From the NCBI GenBank assembly GCA_964016885.1, contig CAXHJY010000702.1, positions 124,001-188,000 on the forward strand: DNA of 64,000 nucleotides, in the 5' to 3' direction. A program made the translations under genes and the position numbers. This document shows, piece after piece, positions 13,281 to 27,437 of this stretch. The notes under the pieces are model-generated. The model searched no databases. It had not been told where the DNA came from and saw only the letters and a list, made by a program, of their open reading frames with translations. The first letter of the stretch is position 1. Each line of letters begins with the position of its first letter. The stretch comes from Eledone cirrhosa. Its lineage: Eukaryota.

Positions 13281-14428
13281 TGGGAGTTTGTGCAGTGGGG
13301 TGATAGTGGAGGGTGGTGCTGGGTGATAGCTCGAATGTTTTTTTCCAGTTCTTTTGCCAGATTCATTATGGCTAAAAAAGAGGAAGAAGTTTCCTGTTTA
13401 GAAGACTGTTGGTGACTGTGGTAGTGGTTATTTTTATGTAGGTTATGGTTTTTGTTTTTGCTTTTATTTTTAATTTTATTTTCATTTATCCGACGGGTCC
13501 CCGGGAGATGGGTAAAGGGACAATCCCGGTCTAAACACAATCTGTCTCGCAGGGAAAAACGGCAGATTTGTGGATTCCTTGTTTGAGTTATTGGTGGTTG
13601 TGTTGGTGTTAAATTAGAGTATGTATTATGGTGGTGGCTGTTTGTGGGGATAGATCGTTTTGTCCTAGGTAAATGGGTGAATTTGCAGCCACTATCCGTA
13701 CATATTCTATAGCGTAGAGAGTAGCGGCAAATGATGGGGTTTCGAGTGGGTGGGTATATGGGTGTGGGTGTTGTGAGAGGTGTAGATGATGGTTTGGGTA
13801 GGATTTGACGACCTTTGTGGACTGTGGGAGGGAGAGTTCTTGTTCTGGTATTAGAAGGTAAATTCCTTGACATAGCAGTAGACAAAAATGTTGTAGTAGT
13901 AGTAGTAGTAGTAGGCAGAGATGTTGGCAGTGGTGATGATTGGACTGCTGGGCCAGAGAAAGGATGTGGCGTTTCATGCTGTGAGACAGAGGCTACTGGG
14001 GGGTCAATAGTTTCATTTAGTAGATCGGCCATTGTTGATGAATCAAGGAGTGGTTCACACTGTTGTTGTTGCTGTTGTTGATGTTGTTGTTGTAGCTGTT
14101 GTTGATGTTGTTGTTGTAGCTGTTGTTGTTGTTGCTGTTGTAGCTGCTGTTGTTGTTGTTGCTGCTGCTGGACAGCATTCGAAGAGAAAACACACCGTAG
14201 TTTATCCAAATGTTTATTGATTAATTTAAAAGCAATTTCGATTTGCTTTAATTTATTTTGAATCTGTTGTTCAGATCGAGTTTTCAAAAATTGAACTGTA
14301 CGTTTAGCAATGTCGTTCAGAGATGAAGCATCTATATTTTCTGTTTGGGAAAGGCAATGCCATGTGTTTATTAGAATGTCGATTTCATTATCAGACCAGT
14401 TCTGTTTGGATTTTTGCTGGTTAGCCAT
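13268..14428 (-). CDS. LINE ORF1: Myb/SANT-like N-terminus, polyQ, two C-x8-C-x4-C-x3-H zinc fingers
   Basis: 386-aa ATG ORF directly upstream of ORF2; WSDNEIDILINTW...RSEQQIQNKLK; CRYSLRYRICTDSGCKFTH and CRFSLRDRLCLDRDCPFTH. Confidence 0.85.
   Translation of the reverse strand: MANQQKSKQNWSDNEIDILINTWHCLSQTENIDASSLNDIAKRTVQFLKTRSEQQIQNKLKQIEIAFKLINKHLDKLRCVFSSNAVQQQQQQQQQLQQQQQQQLQQQHQQQLQQQHQQQQQQQCEPLLDSSTMADLLNETIDPPVASVSQHETPHPFSGPAVQSSPLPTSLPTTTTTTTTFLSTAMSRNLPSNTRTRTLPPTVHKGRQILPKPSSTPLTTPTPIYPPTRNPIICRYSLRYRICTDSGCKFTHLPRTKRSIPTNSHHHNTYSNLTPTQPPITQTRNPQICRFSLRDRLCLDRDCPFTHLPGTRRINENKIKNKSKNKNHNLHKNNHYHSHQQSSKQETSSSFLAIMNLAKELEKNIRAITQHHPPLSPHCTNSHCCH
13373..13379 (-). promoter_or_regulatory. 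Candidate -1 frameshift slippery site U_UUU_UUA (second candidate A_AAA_AAC at 13337-13343)
   Basis: Both heptamers are in ORF1 phase within the ~130-nt ORF1/ORF2 (-1) overlap. Confidence 0.55.
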
Positions 14429-14438
14429 TCTAGTTTTG

Positions 14439-14891
14439 AGTGTGTGTGTGTTTTAGTTAAGTATTTCAATATATATATATTTTTTTTTTTTTAATTTATT
14501 TTTGATTTATTTTTGTTTTTTGTTTTTCTTGTGTGTGAGTGAGAAGCGTATATAAATAAATATGAGTATATATATATGTATATTCTGGTTATTTGAAATT
14601 AATTAAGTTAATGAAAAGACGAAAGTATATAATAATAATTTGTAGTTAAAGGAAAATGTACTCACAAGTTCGTGTGTGTGTGTTTTAGTTAAGTATTTCA
14701 ATATATATATATTTTTTTTTTAAATTTATTTTTGTTTTTTGTTTTTCTTGTGTGTGAGTGAGAAGCGTATATATATAAATATGAGTATATATATATATAT
14801 ATATGTATATTCTGGTTATTTGAAATTAATGAAAAGACGAAAGTATATAATAATAATTTGTAGTTAAAGGAAAATGTACTCACAAGTTCGA
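14439..14891. repeat. ~225-bp tandem duplication in the LINE 5' UTR
   Basis: GTGTGTGTGTGTTTTAGTTAAGTATTTC...GTACTCACAAGTTCG occurs twice. Confidence 0.9.
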
Positions 14892-14901
14892 AAACACGTG
14901 G

Positions 14902-15055
14902 TTTCAAATATATAATAATATAGATGTATGAAAAATGTATTAACCGGTCAATTTTCAAATATATAATAATATAGATGTATGAAAAATGTATTAACCGGTC
15001 AATTTTCAAATATATAATAATATAGATGTATGAAAATGTATTAACCGGTCAATTT
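14902..15055. repeat. 3 x 51-bp tandem repeat in the LINE 5' UTR
   Basis: TTTCAAATATATAATAATATAGATGTATGAAAAATGTATTAACCGGTCAAT x3. Confidence 0.92.
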
Positions 15056-15167
15056 TTGTTTGTTTGGTTTTGTCTTGTGGTTTTGTTTTGTGGCTGTGTG
15101 ACTTGCTGCTTACTCGGGGAGAGAAGTAAAAACACGTCCTTATACTTCAACTGCTCAACTGCTCAAC

Positions 15168-16378
<1,211 letters not shown>

Positions 16379-19066
16379 GTACTCGACAACAGAAGAGGAC
16401 TATCCTCAGGAGGAAAATATGGAAGCTAAAGCACCCCACAGCCATGAATAAATTTCAAAGCATATTACTTGATGCTTTCGACAGTAAGGAAGAACATTTA
16501 GAGTCGGACAATATAGAGGGAGAGTGGGAATTTCTGAAAGCAAACCTGCTGTTGGCGACAGACGAAGTCTGTGGCTGGAGCAGGCCTGTAGGCAGGAGGA
16601 GAGTAACATGGTGGTGGAACAGTAAGGTGGAGGGGTCAATTAAGGCCAAAAAGCAGGCTTGGAAAGTATGGCGGGATGGGGGAAGTAGAGAGGACTATCA
16701 AGTGGCCAGGAGGGAAGCTAGGAGACAAGTGTACTTAGCAAGAAGGGAAGCTGAGGAAAGAAAGTTCAAGCATGTTCTACAACGCGATGACCAAAAACGT
16801 GAGGTGTTCAGGATTGCTAGGCAATGCGTCAAGGAAAACCGTGATATTGTCGGGGAGAAGTGTGTACTAAACGACGATGGCACACTTGCCATCACCGACG
16901 CTGATAAGAAGGTAGCTTGGAAGTGTCACTATGAAAGGCTACTAAATGAGGAGAATAATTGGGAGAAAGGCAGTCTCCCCCATATCGACCCAATAGAGGG
17001 ACCAGCAGTGTTAGTCGAGGGGAGTATAATAAGTAAGGCAATCAAGGATATGAAGACTGGTAAGGCGGCTGGGCCTTCGGAAATAGTTGCTGAGATGCTG
17101 AAGGCATCTGGCACGGTGGGACACACCATGGTCACCCGCATAGTTAACCAAGTCGTACAGAATGGGGTTGTTCCGAAGGACTGGCATAGCAGCATCATCG
17201 TTAACTGTTATAAGGGTAAAGGAGACGCCCTAGATAGGAGTAACTATAGAGGCATTAAATTAATCGACCAGGTCATGAAGGTCACGGAAAAAGTAATAGC
17301 GCAACTAATCAGAGAGAGAATTGACCTAGATGAAATGCAGTTCGGGTTTGTGTCAGGCAAAAGTACCACAGACGCTCTTTTCATAGTACGACAACTACAG
17401 GAGAAGTACCTAGCTAAAGGTAAACCCCTCTACTTAGCTTTTGTCGACTTGGAGAAAGCCTTCGACAGAGTCCCCCGCTCCATTATCTGGTGGGCTCTTA
17501 GAAAACTAGGCGTTGACGAATGGCTTGTGAGGGCTATACAAGCCATGTATAAAGAAACAGTCAGCAAGGTTAGAATTAACAACGAATATAGTGAAGAGTT
17601 TAGCGTAAAAGTTGGCGTCCATCAGGGCTCTGTTCTCAGTCCACTACTATTTATTATTGCCCTTCAGGCTATAACAGAGGAGTTCAAGACAGGCTGCCCA
17701 TGGGAACTCCTATACGCAGACGACCTGACACTCATAGCGGAATCAATGGCCGAGCTAGAGAAGAAATTCCAAACATGGAAGCACGGCCTAGAGTCAAAAG
17801 GACTTAAAATTAACCTGGCTAAGACCAAAGTACTAGTTTGTAGGAAAGAAAACAAGGCGGCGGTCCCTTCTGGGAAATGGTCGTGCTCGGTGTGTAGGAA
17901 AGGCGTAGGTAGAAACTCCATTTTATGTCCTAAATGCAAAGTATGGGTGCATAAAAGATGTAGTGGGATCACAGGTAAGCTAACTAAGAACATAGATTTT
18001 ACATGTGGCCGGTGCTCTGGTGCAATAAGTAGCAGCAAGTGCCCACAAACTACTAGCTCTTTCAATTGCGCAGAGGGTTCTATAGAAATAGTGGACAGCT
18101 TCCGTTACCTGGGCGATAAAATCAGCAGTGGGGGAGGGTGCTCTGAAAGTACTGTAGCTAGAGTCAGAACTGGTTGGAAAAAGTTCAGAGAGCTTATACC
18201 ACTATTAGCTGCTAAAGGGTTCTCACTAAAAATGAAAGGCAGGTTGTACGATGCCTGCATACGAACAGCAATGCTGCATGGCAGTGAGACCTGGGCATTG
18301 TGTGCAGAGGATATACGCAGACTAGAGAGGAACGAAGCTTGCATGCTCCGCTGGATGTGTAACAGTAATATACGTGAACGGCAAAGCATAAACGAACTAA
18401 GGAAAAAATTAGAGATAAGAGGGATCAGATGTTGTTTACTCGAGAGAAGGCTACGTTGGTATGGACACGTGATGCGCATGAAAGTCGATAGCTGTATAAC
18501 AAAGTGCAGGGCAATAAAGATAGACGGTAGTCACGGAATAGGCAGACCTAGAAAAACCTGGGACGAGCTGATAAACTCCGACATCACACACTTACACCTC
18601 TCCAAGACAATGTCACTGGACCGAGACCTTTGGCGGTACTCAGTAACAGAGAAGACCCGCCTTACCTAAATATATAGTAAAACCTACTCCAGCCAGTAGG
18701 CATCTCTAACAAAATACACCCCGTCCCACCACCACCACCCCCACCCGATCCACACCACCCCGTTCTATGTAAAGTTATGTTGGTGCCGCGCCATCGAGGC
18801 CGAAACAAATGAGATCGTGTAGGTGTCACGACAAAAAACACACAGTCCACGCTGTAATGTGGCCGTGTAGGCAACACGGTAAAAACCTCCCAGACCCACA
18901 CTGTAAATGTGGTTGGTGTTAGGAAGGGCATCCAACTGTAGAAAACCTGCCAGACAGTCCTATGCGAGCAAGACAATCACTCTTGCCTCAAGTGGGACTA
19001 CCCCCGTCCAAACCCATGCAAGCGTGGAACACGGACGTTAAACGTTGATGATGATGATGATGATGA

Positions 19067-19067
<1 letters not shown>
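16379..19067 (+). mobile_element. RTE LINE, 5'-truncated young copy with (GAT)n tail
   Basis: Open 741-aa RT ORF, ~390-bp 3' UTR, both ends in (TA)n. Confidence 0.95.
16444..18669 (+). CDS. RTE reverse transcriptase with an embedded PHD finger (N-terminally truncated ORF)
   Basis: [37 protein letters not shown]4HC3 [18 protein letters not shown]. Confidence 0.85.
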   Translation: MNKFQSILLDAFDSKEEHLESDNIEGEWEFLKANLLLATDEVCGWSRPVGRRRVTWWWNSKVEGSIKAKKQAWKVWRDGGSREDYQVARREARRQVYLARREAEERKFKHVLQRDDQKREVFRIARQCVKENRDIVGEKCVLNDDGTLAITDADKKVAWKCHYERLLNEENNWEKGSLPHIDPIEGPAVLVEGSIISKAIKDMKTGKAAGPSEIVAEMLKASGTVGHTMVTRIVNQVVQNGVVPKDWHSSIIVNCYKGKGDALDRSNYRGIKLIDQVMKVTEKVIAQLIRERIDLDEMQFGFVSGKSTTDALFIVRQLQEKYLAKGKPLYLAFVDLEKAFDRVPRSIIWWALRKLGVDEWLVRAIQAMYKETVSKVRINNEYSEEFSVKVGVHQGSVLSPLLFIIALQAITEEFKTGCPWELLYADDLTLIAESMAELEKKFQTWKHGLESKGLKINLAKTKVLVCRKENKAAVPSGKWSCSVCRKGVGRNSILCPKCKVWVHKRCSGITGKLTKNIDFTCGRCSGAISSSKCPQTTSSFNCAEGSIEIVDSFRYLGDKISSGGGCSESTVARVRTGWKKFRELIPLLAAKGFSLKMKGRLYDACIRTAMLHGSETWALCAEDIRRLERNEACMLRWMCNSNIRERQSINELRKKLEIRGIRCCLLERRLRWYGHVMRMKVDSCITKCRAIKIDGSHGIGRPRKTWDELINSDITHLHLSKTMSLDRDLWRYSVTEKTRLT

Positions 19068-20243
<1,176 letters not shown>

Positions 20244-22302
20244 ATCATCATCATCATCGTTTAACGTCCGTGTTCCACGCTTGCATGGGTTTGGGCGGGG
20301 GTTTTCCCACTTGAGGCAAGAGTGGTTATCTTGCTCGCATAGGACTATCTGGCAGGTTTTCTACAGCTGGATGCCCTTCCTAACACCAACCACATTTACA
20401 GTGTGGGGCTGGGAGGTTTTTACCGTGTTGCCTACACGGCCACATTACAGCGTGAACTGTGTGTTTTTTTGACGTGACACCTACACGATCTCATTTGTTT
20501 CGGCCTGCATGTTGTGGCACCAACATAACTTTACATTGAAAGGGGCGGTGTGGATGGGGTGGGGTGGGTGGGACGGAGGTGTATTTTGTTAGAGATCCCT
20601 ACTGACTGTAGTAGGTTTTACTTTGTATTTAGGTAAGGCGGGTCTTCTCTATTACTGAGTACCGCCAAAGGTCTCGGTCCAGTGACATTGTCTTGGTGAG
20701 GTGTAAGTGTGTGAGGTCGGAATTTATCAGCTCGTCCCAGGTTTTTCTGGGTCTGCCTATTCCGTGGCTACCGTCTATCTTTATTGCCCTGCACTTTGTT
20801 ATACAGCTATCGTTCTTCATGCGCATCACGTGACCATACCAACGTAGCCTTCTCTCGAGTAAACAATATCTGATCCCTCTTATTTCTAATTTTTTCCTTA
20901 GTTCGTTTATGCTTTGCCGTTCACGTATATTACTATTACACATCCAGCGGAGCATGCAAGCTTCGTTTCTCTCTAGTCTGTGTATATCCTCTGCACACAA
21001 TGCCCAGGTCTCACTGCCATGCAACATTGCTGTTCGTATGCAGGCATCGTACAACCTGCCTTTCTTTTTTAGGGAGAACCCTTTAGCGGCTAATAGCGGT
21101 ATAAGCTCTCTGAACTTTTTCCATCCAGTTCTGACTCTAGCTACTGTACTTTCAGAGCACCCTCCCCACTGCTGATTTTGTCACCCAGGTAACGGAAGCT
21201 GTCGACTATTTCTATAGAACCCTCTGCGCAGTTGAAAGAGCTAGTATTTTGTGGGCACTTGCTGCTACTTATTTCCCCAGAGCACCGGCCACATGTAAAA
21301 TCTATGTTCTTAGTTAGCTTACCTGTGATCCCACTACATCTTTTATGCACCCATACCTTGCATTTGGGACACAAAATGGAGTTTCTACCTACGCCTTTCC
21401 TACACATTGAGCATGGCCACTTCCCGGAGGGGACCGCTGCCTTATTTTCTTTGTTACAAACTAGAACTTTAGTCTTAGCCAGGTTAATTTTAAGGCCTTT
21501 TGATTCTAGGCCGTGCTTCCATGTTTGGAATTTCTTCTCTAGCTCGGCCATTGATTCAGCTATGAGCGTTAGATCATCTGCGTATAGGAGTTCCCATGGG
21601 CAGCCAGTCTTGAACTCCACTGTTATAGCCTGGAGGGCAATAATAAATAGTAGGGGGCTAAGAACAGAGCCCTGATGAACACCAACTTTTACGCTAAACT
21701 CTTCACTATATTCGTTGTTAATTCTAACCTTGCTGACTGTTTCTTTATACATGGCTTGTATAGCTCTCACAAGCCATTCATCAACACCTAGTTTTCTAAG
21801 AGCCCACCAGATAATGGAACGGGGGACTCTGTCGAAGGCTTTCTCCAAGTCGACGAAAGCTAAGTATAGGGGTTTACTTTTAGCTAGGTACTTCTCCTGT
21901 AGTCGTCGTACAATAAAAAGAGCGTCTGTGGTACTTTTGCCTGACACAAACCCGAACTGCATTTCATCTAGATCAATTCTCTCTCTGATTAGTTGCGCTA
22001 TTACTTTTTCCGTGACCTTCATGACCTGGTCGATTAATTTAATGCCTCTATAGTTACTCCTATCTAGGGCATCTCCTTTACCCTTATAACAGTTAACGAT
22101 GATGCTGCTATGCCAGTCCTTCGGAACAACCCCATTCTGTATGACTTGGTTGACTATCCGGGTGACCATGGTGTGTCCCACCGTACCAGATGCCTTCAGC
22201 ATCTCGGCAACTATTTCCGAAGGCCCAGCCGCCTTACCCGTCTTCATATCTTTGATTGCCTTACTTATTATACTACCCTCTACTAACACTGCTGGTCCCT
22301 CT
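20244..22302 (-). mobile_element. RTE LINE, 5'-truncated, frameshifted
   Basis: ORFs 21141-22289 and 20629-21054 are near-identical to the 741-aa RT; (ATC)n tail adjoins TA. Confidence 0.95.
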
Positions 22303-22545
22303 CATGTCTATGCCCAGGTCTCGTATCGATTTTGATACGGGGATATCGGTCCCTCCTGGTCCTGTGTAGTTGTGTCGTACTATATTTGTGTTTGCAGGTT
22401 TGTTTGGAGGTTTGTATTGTAGGGCTTGGAATTTGCCAGCATTAAACTGCATGTTGTTTTCTTCCGCCCATTTGTATATCGCATCCAGATCCTGCTGTAA
22501 AAGGGCAGCGTCATTGGGTTTTTGATTGCCTGTGCTACCTTAGTG
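22303..22545 (-). pseudogene. Internal RT fragment of a different CR1-group LINE
   Basis: Translates to TKVAQAIK...LLQQDLDAIYKWAEENNMQFNAGKF...SIRDLGIDM, the region just after the YADD motif. Confidence 0.85.
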
Positions 22546-23169
22546 CATGAAAGACGACAGCTGTATAAAAAAGTGCAGAGCGATCAAAATTGATGGTAGT
22601 TATGGAGTAGGTAGACCCAGAAAAACCTGGGACGATTTGATAAATTCCGACCTTACACACTTGCACCTCTCTAAGACAATGTCACTGGACCGAGATCTTT
22701 GGCGCTATACAGTAATACAGAAGACCCGCCTTGCCTATGTACAAAGTGAAACCTACAGTCAGTAGGCACCTGTTAACCAAATATACACCCCAATCCACTA
22801 CCCCTACCCTATCCTCCCACTCCCACTCATATTATCCTCTCTCTGTAAAGTTGGTACCCCAACATCCAGTCCAAATAAATGAGATAATGAGATCGAGATC
22901 ATGTAGGTGTCACAACAAAAACAACAAAAAAACACACAGTCTACGCTGTAATGTGGCGGGTAGTTAACACAGTAAAAATTTCCCAGTTCCACACTGTAAA
23001 TGTGGTTGGTGTTATGAAGGGCATCCATCCGTAGAAAACCTGCCAGATAGTCCTATATGAGCGAGATACGGTCACCCAACCAACCTTGCCTCAAGTGGGA
23101 CAACTCCCATCTAACCCATGCTCGCTTTGAAGATAGATGTTAAACGAAGAAGATGATGATGATGATGAT
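22544..23169 (+). mobile_element. RTE LINE 3' end, more diverged subfamily
   Basis: [18 protein letters not shown]...GRPRKTW, 3' UTR, (GAT)n then TA. Confidence 0.9.
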
Positions 23170-23715
23170 ATATATAAATTTTCATGTTGAAATTATAACG
23201 TACTAATTTCAATAATGATATAATGTGGAAAAGTAGTTGAATTGGTAATCATTTGGGCATTGGATTAAATGACATGGTATTCGTTCCAGCTTACTGCTCT
23301 GAGTTCAAATTCCTCCCAGACGGACTTTTTATTTCATCCTTCATAAATAAAGTTCAAGTCAAATAACGACGATGAATTTTCCTCTTTTTCTATTTTTCTC
23401 ACTTTCGCATCCTATTTTCGTCTCTCTGGAAGAAATCGATTATATCCAAACCTGGAGAGTGTTGGCTGCCTCTACAAGGGCCATTCCCTTTTGTAACATG
23501 CTGGCAGGCAGGCAGACGAGTGGGCAGGCAGGCAGGCAGGGTCTAAAACTAGTTAGACCATTACTCAACAGTTTACTTGGAATAGTAGAGCATTGCTATA
23601 CTATAAAATGTGTGTTCCTGATGGTTGATCTCTTGCCATTTCCAGGGTTTGGATGAAACTGTTGAAACACAAGAGCTCAGCTGCCAGGCCCATTCTTCAT
23701 AATATATATATATAT

Positions 23716-24117
23716 GGTGGCTGCCAACTCGTTTTCGAGTACGGCCACTACTTTATATCCATGTAGGAGAACCCCTACTGATGCGCTGAAAGAGTGTGAT
23801 TTTTTAGTCCAACCAGCGACTTGAAAACTCTGGTACAAACACTACACTTGTGACAATTATTGACACATAGTGCTGGGCCCATGGTACCATGTGATGACAC
23901 GTGCAGAGAGATCTCCAGATATAAAGCAATGCCTGTGCCGTGAAGCTTTTATAGTGAGCAAAGGCACTGCACAAAGCCAGTCCCACTCTCTTAACCAAGA
24001 TGATATTTACCAAAAAGAAGAACAAGTCAACATCATTGGATACCATCAGGGTTGCAGGTGTTATATCAGAGATTTCCTTCTCCTAGAATTCTGCCTTGAC
24101 AAAGGCTAAGGGGTCAT
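23716..24117 (-). mobile_element. Bipartite non-autonomous RTE-derived element
   Basis: 5' part has CTAGGAGAAGGAAATCTCTGA (resembles an RTE 5' UTR motif, from memory); 3' part encodes the C2H2 finger CSVCTRVFKSLVGLKNHTLSAH and ends in a hairpin; second copy at 47859-48117. Confidence 0.7.
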
Positions 24118-24216
24118 CTCTCCATATATGTATGTATATATATATATGTATATATATATATACATACATATATATATATGTGTACATACATATATATATA
24201 TATACATACATATATA

Positions 24217-24649
24217 TTGGTAAACGGAATAGAAAATGCTGACAAATTTTTCACAGTTGAAAAATGGTTTAATTAGGAATAAAAGAGTATTAGTAATTGT
24301 ATGGGTTAGTATTCAGTTGTGGTTTTAAGTTTTTAAGTTTTTACCGGTTGCGCATTTCTAAATGCTTTTCAAAAATAATTTTGAGATAGAGTGTCCGTGT
24401 TGTTTGCTCTGATCTGATTAGTTTTGGGAATTCTACCACTTTTTATGTTAAAAAAGTGGCTCCAGCGCTAGTTTGGTGTTGCAAAAATTCTTGTGGTCAA
24501 AACAATTTTGATTGGTCGGTAGAGGTCATGTGAATGTAAACAATTGATTTTGCGCCAAGACTGTTTTTATGTTAAAAAAGTGGCTCCAGCACTACTTGGT
24601 GTTTGCAAAAATTCTTGTGGTCAAAACAATTTTCTATTCCGTTTACCAA
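24217..24649 (-). mobile_element. Short PLE-like element with 21-bp terminal inverted repeat and ~70-bp internal duplication
   Basis: TTGGTAAACGGAATAGAAAAT and its reverse complement, TA on both sides; hammerhead-like motif at 24338-24375. Confidence 0.65.
24338..24375 (-). ncRNA. Hammerhead motif, U3:A8 variant with GAAA>GCAA mutation
   Basis: ttt TTGAAAA GCATTT ag AAATGC GCAA CCGG TA aaa. Confidence 0.55.
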
Positions 24650-24688
24650 TATATAATAACTTGTGTGTTACACCTCTATTCTTTTAAC

Positions 24689-24725
<37 letters not shown>

Positions 24726-24772
24726 CGAGAGAGAGATGTGAGAAAAACCACAGACCCTCCATCTCAACTCAC

Positions 24773-24808
24773 CTTTTGAAAAGCAGAAGAACTGCGAAAC
24801 CGGTAAAG
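24773..24808 (+). ncRNA. Minimal type I hammerhead ribozyme, U3:A8 variant
   Basis: ctt TTGAAAA GCAG aagaa CTGC GAAA CCGG TA aag; palindromic stem III. Confidence 0.7.
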
Positions 24809-24998
24809 AAACCAAATAAATATATATATTTTTAAAAAAAATAAGACTCCAGTTGCATTTTCGATTTCATCTCTTTTTCTTTATACTTTCACTCGTGTAG
24901 GACACCTCGGTTATTTTTCATTTTGTAAAAAAAACCTCACTTTCTAATATAGATATATATATATAGATATATATATATAGATATATACATATATATAG

Positions 24999-25069
<71 letters not shown>

Positions 25070-25199
25070 CATGGAAAGTTATATTTAAATTGTTGGGTTA
25101 ACAACGAGTAAATATTTATAACTGATATAAAAGCACTCAAGTATTTGGAGTATATTTATGATATTAAATAAATGGAAACTATATTTATAAAACCATATT

Positions 25200-25265
25200 T
25201 ATTTCATTATATATATTTCAGGGATATCATATTAACAATATGTTATGCCTTCATCAGACAAAATA
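25200..25265 (-). ncRNA. Type I hammerhead ribozyme (mirror copy)
   Basis: Exact reverse complement of 25497-25562. Confidence 0.75.
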
Positions 25266-25496
25266 CAATATAAACAGTCTTATAAATAAATAGATATGAC
25301 ATACCTTTCAATCGACTTGCATTTGGGAAGTTGATTTGGCAGTAAAAAATATTGTGGACAGTTGTAAAAAGAAAGAGAGAAAGAAAGAAAGAAAGAAAAA
25401 CTGTCCACAATATTTTTTACTGCCAAATCAACTTCCCAAATGCAAGTCGATTGAAAGGTATGTCATATCTATTTATTTATAAGACTGTTTATATTG

Positions 25497-25562
25497 TATT
25501 TTGTCTGATGAAGGCATAACATATTGTTAATATGATATCCCTGAAATATATATAATGAAATA
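25497..25562 (+). ncRNA. Type I hammerhead ribozyme
   Basis: tattttgt CTGATGA aggcataacatatt gtt aatatgatatccct GAAA TATATA TA atgaaata. Confidence 0.75.
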
Positions 25563-25599
25563 AATATGGTTTTATAAATATAGTTTCCATTTATTTAAT

Positions 25600-26168
<569 letters not shown>

Positions 26169-26170
<2 letters not shown>

Positions 26171-26862
26171 GTAGAATAATCGAGTATCGAAAAATCGGCG
26201 CACGAGTTCACGATAAACAAAATTCGACATGAGTGGCAGAGGGCTCAATAATTCAGATAAATCAGAGCTATAACTATCGTTAAAATACCAACACACATAG
26301 ATTATGTCTAAAATCAACCATACGACCGAAAAATTACGATCAGGAAGATTCGGGTCACTCAGATAAAATATCAATAAATCAATAAATCATGTGAATGTAA
26401 AAAGCTTACCCGGACCCACTAGAAAGATGGTAAATCTAGCTTCTTGGGCTTCTGTAAATCCTTAAACCGCCCACTATCAGCCCACATAAAAATATATAAG
26501 ACTTCTAGAGAGCGGCGGACAGGAAATACTTTATCAACGAGCTTTGTCCAGACGAATAAAAAAGCCAACCCTAGCTGAAAACGCACATGGAATCCAGCAA
26601 GGGAGATAACCTCTATATCCGCGAAAAATATTCGGTAATGTGGAAAATCACATATCGAATAAGAGTGCTCAATAGACATGTTAAAATAAACAGGAGCTAT
26701 TCATCATTTAATAGAATCGACAAAAAATGAACAATAAAATTAACTGGTCAATAGCTAAGTCTAGAGCTAAATATAGTAGAATAATCGAGTATCGAAAAAT
26801 CGGCGCACGAGTTCACGATAAACAAAATTCGACATGAGTGGCAGAGGGCTCAATAATTCAGA
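26169..26862. mobile_element. ~690-bp element with ~90-bp terminal direct repeats (pseudo-LTR-like), inside TA
   Basis: TAGTAGAATAATCGAGTATCG...CAATAATTCAGATA at 26169 and 26775. Confidence 0.7.
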
Positions 26863-26932
26863 TATATATATATATAGAGAGAGAGAGAGATAGAGAAATA
26901 TAAACGGGTGTGTATGATTGCGTATAGAAGAT

Positions 26933-27299
26933 TATATTAATAAAATGAATTCCAACTTTGTCTGATTTACTCGTTTTATTTACAATCCTTTAAAATTTAT
27001 AATGGTATTAGAATGAAATAGGATGGTAAGTGTTAATTGAACAAGTACTTTTATGCTTTTGCAATCTTCAGGTACATATTGTGTGGTGACAGTCAAGTTT
27101 GCAACTTTCACAGTTGAAAATTGCACACTTGACTGTCACCACACAATATGTACCTGAAGATTGCGAAAGCCTGAAAGTACTTGTTCAATTAACATTTAAT
27201 ATTCTACCCTACTATTTCATCTAATACCATTATAAATTTTAAAGGATTGTAAATAAAACGGGTAAATCAGACAAAGTTGGAATTCCTTTTATTAATATA
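26933..27299. repeat. ~365-bp imperfect palindrome with hammerhead motifs in the arms
   Basis: Centre ~27112; arms are reverse-complementary with scattered substitutions. Confidence 0.92.
27149..27187 (+). ncRNA. Partly decayed minimal hammerhead (mirror copy at 27039-27076)
   Basis: tgtac CTGAAGA ttgc gaaa gcct GAAA GTAC TT gttca. Confidence 0.6.
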
Positions 27300-27314
27300 T
27301 ATGTATATATATAT

Positions 27315-27437
27315 ATATAATGCTCCAAATGCCAGGTAAATATTGAAAAAGATAACTTCGTATATTACTGAATCTTTCGAAATTTTTGTTTATTTTCAAC
27401 ATTATTTGAAAATCATACACAATATCTTTCATATATA
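27315..27437 (+). repeat. Left arm of a ~120-bp inverted repeat derived from the interior of a MITE
   Basis: Reverse complement at 28499-28630; similar to 29172-29285. Confidence 0.85.

Noticed and set aside
23716-23755. HDV-like ribozyme at the element end
   Set aside because: Only a simple hairpin; no nested pseudoknot order, and this end is the 3' terminus.
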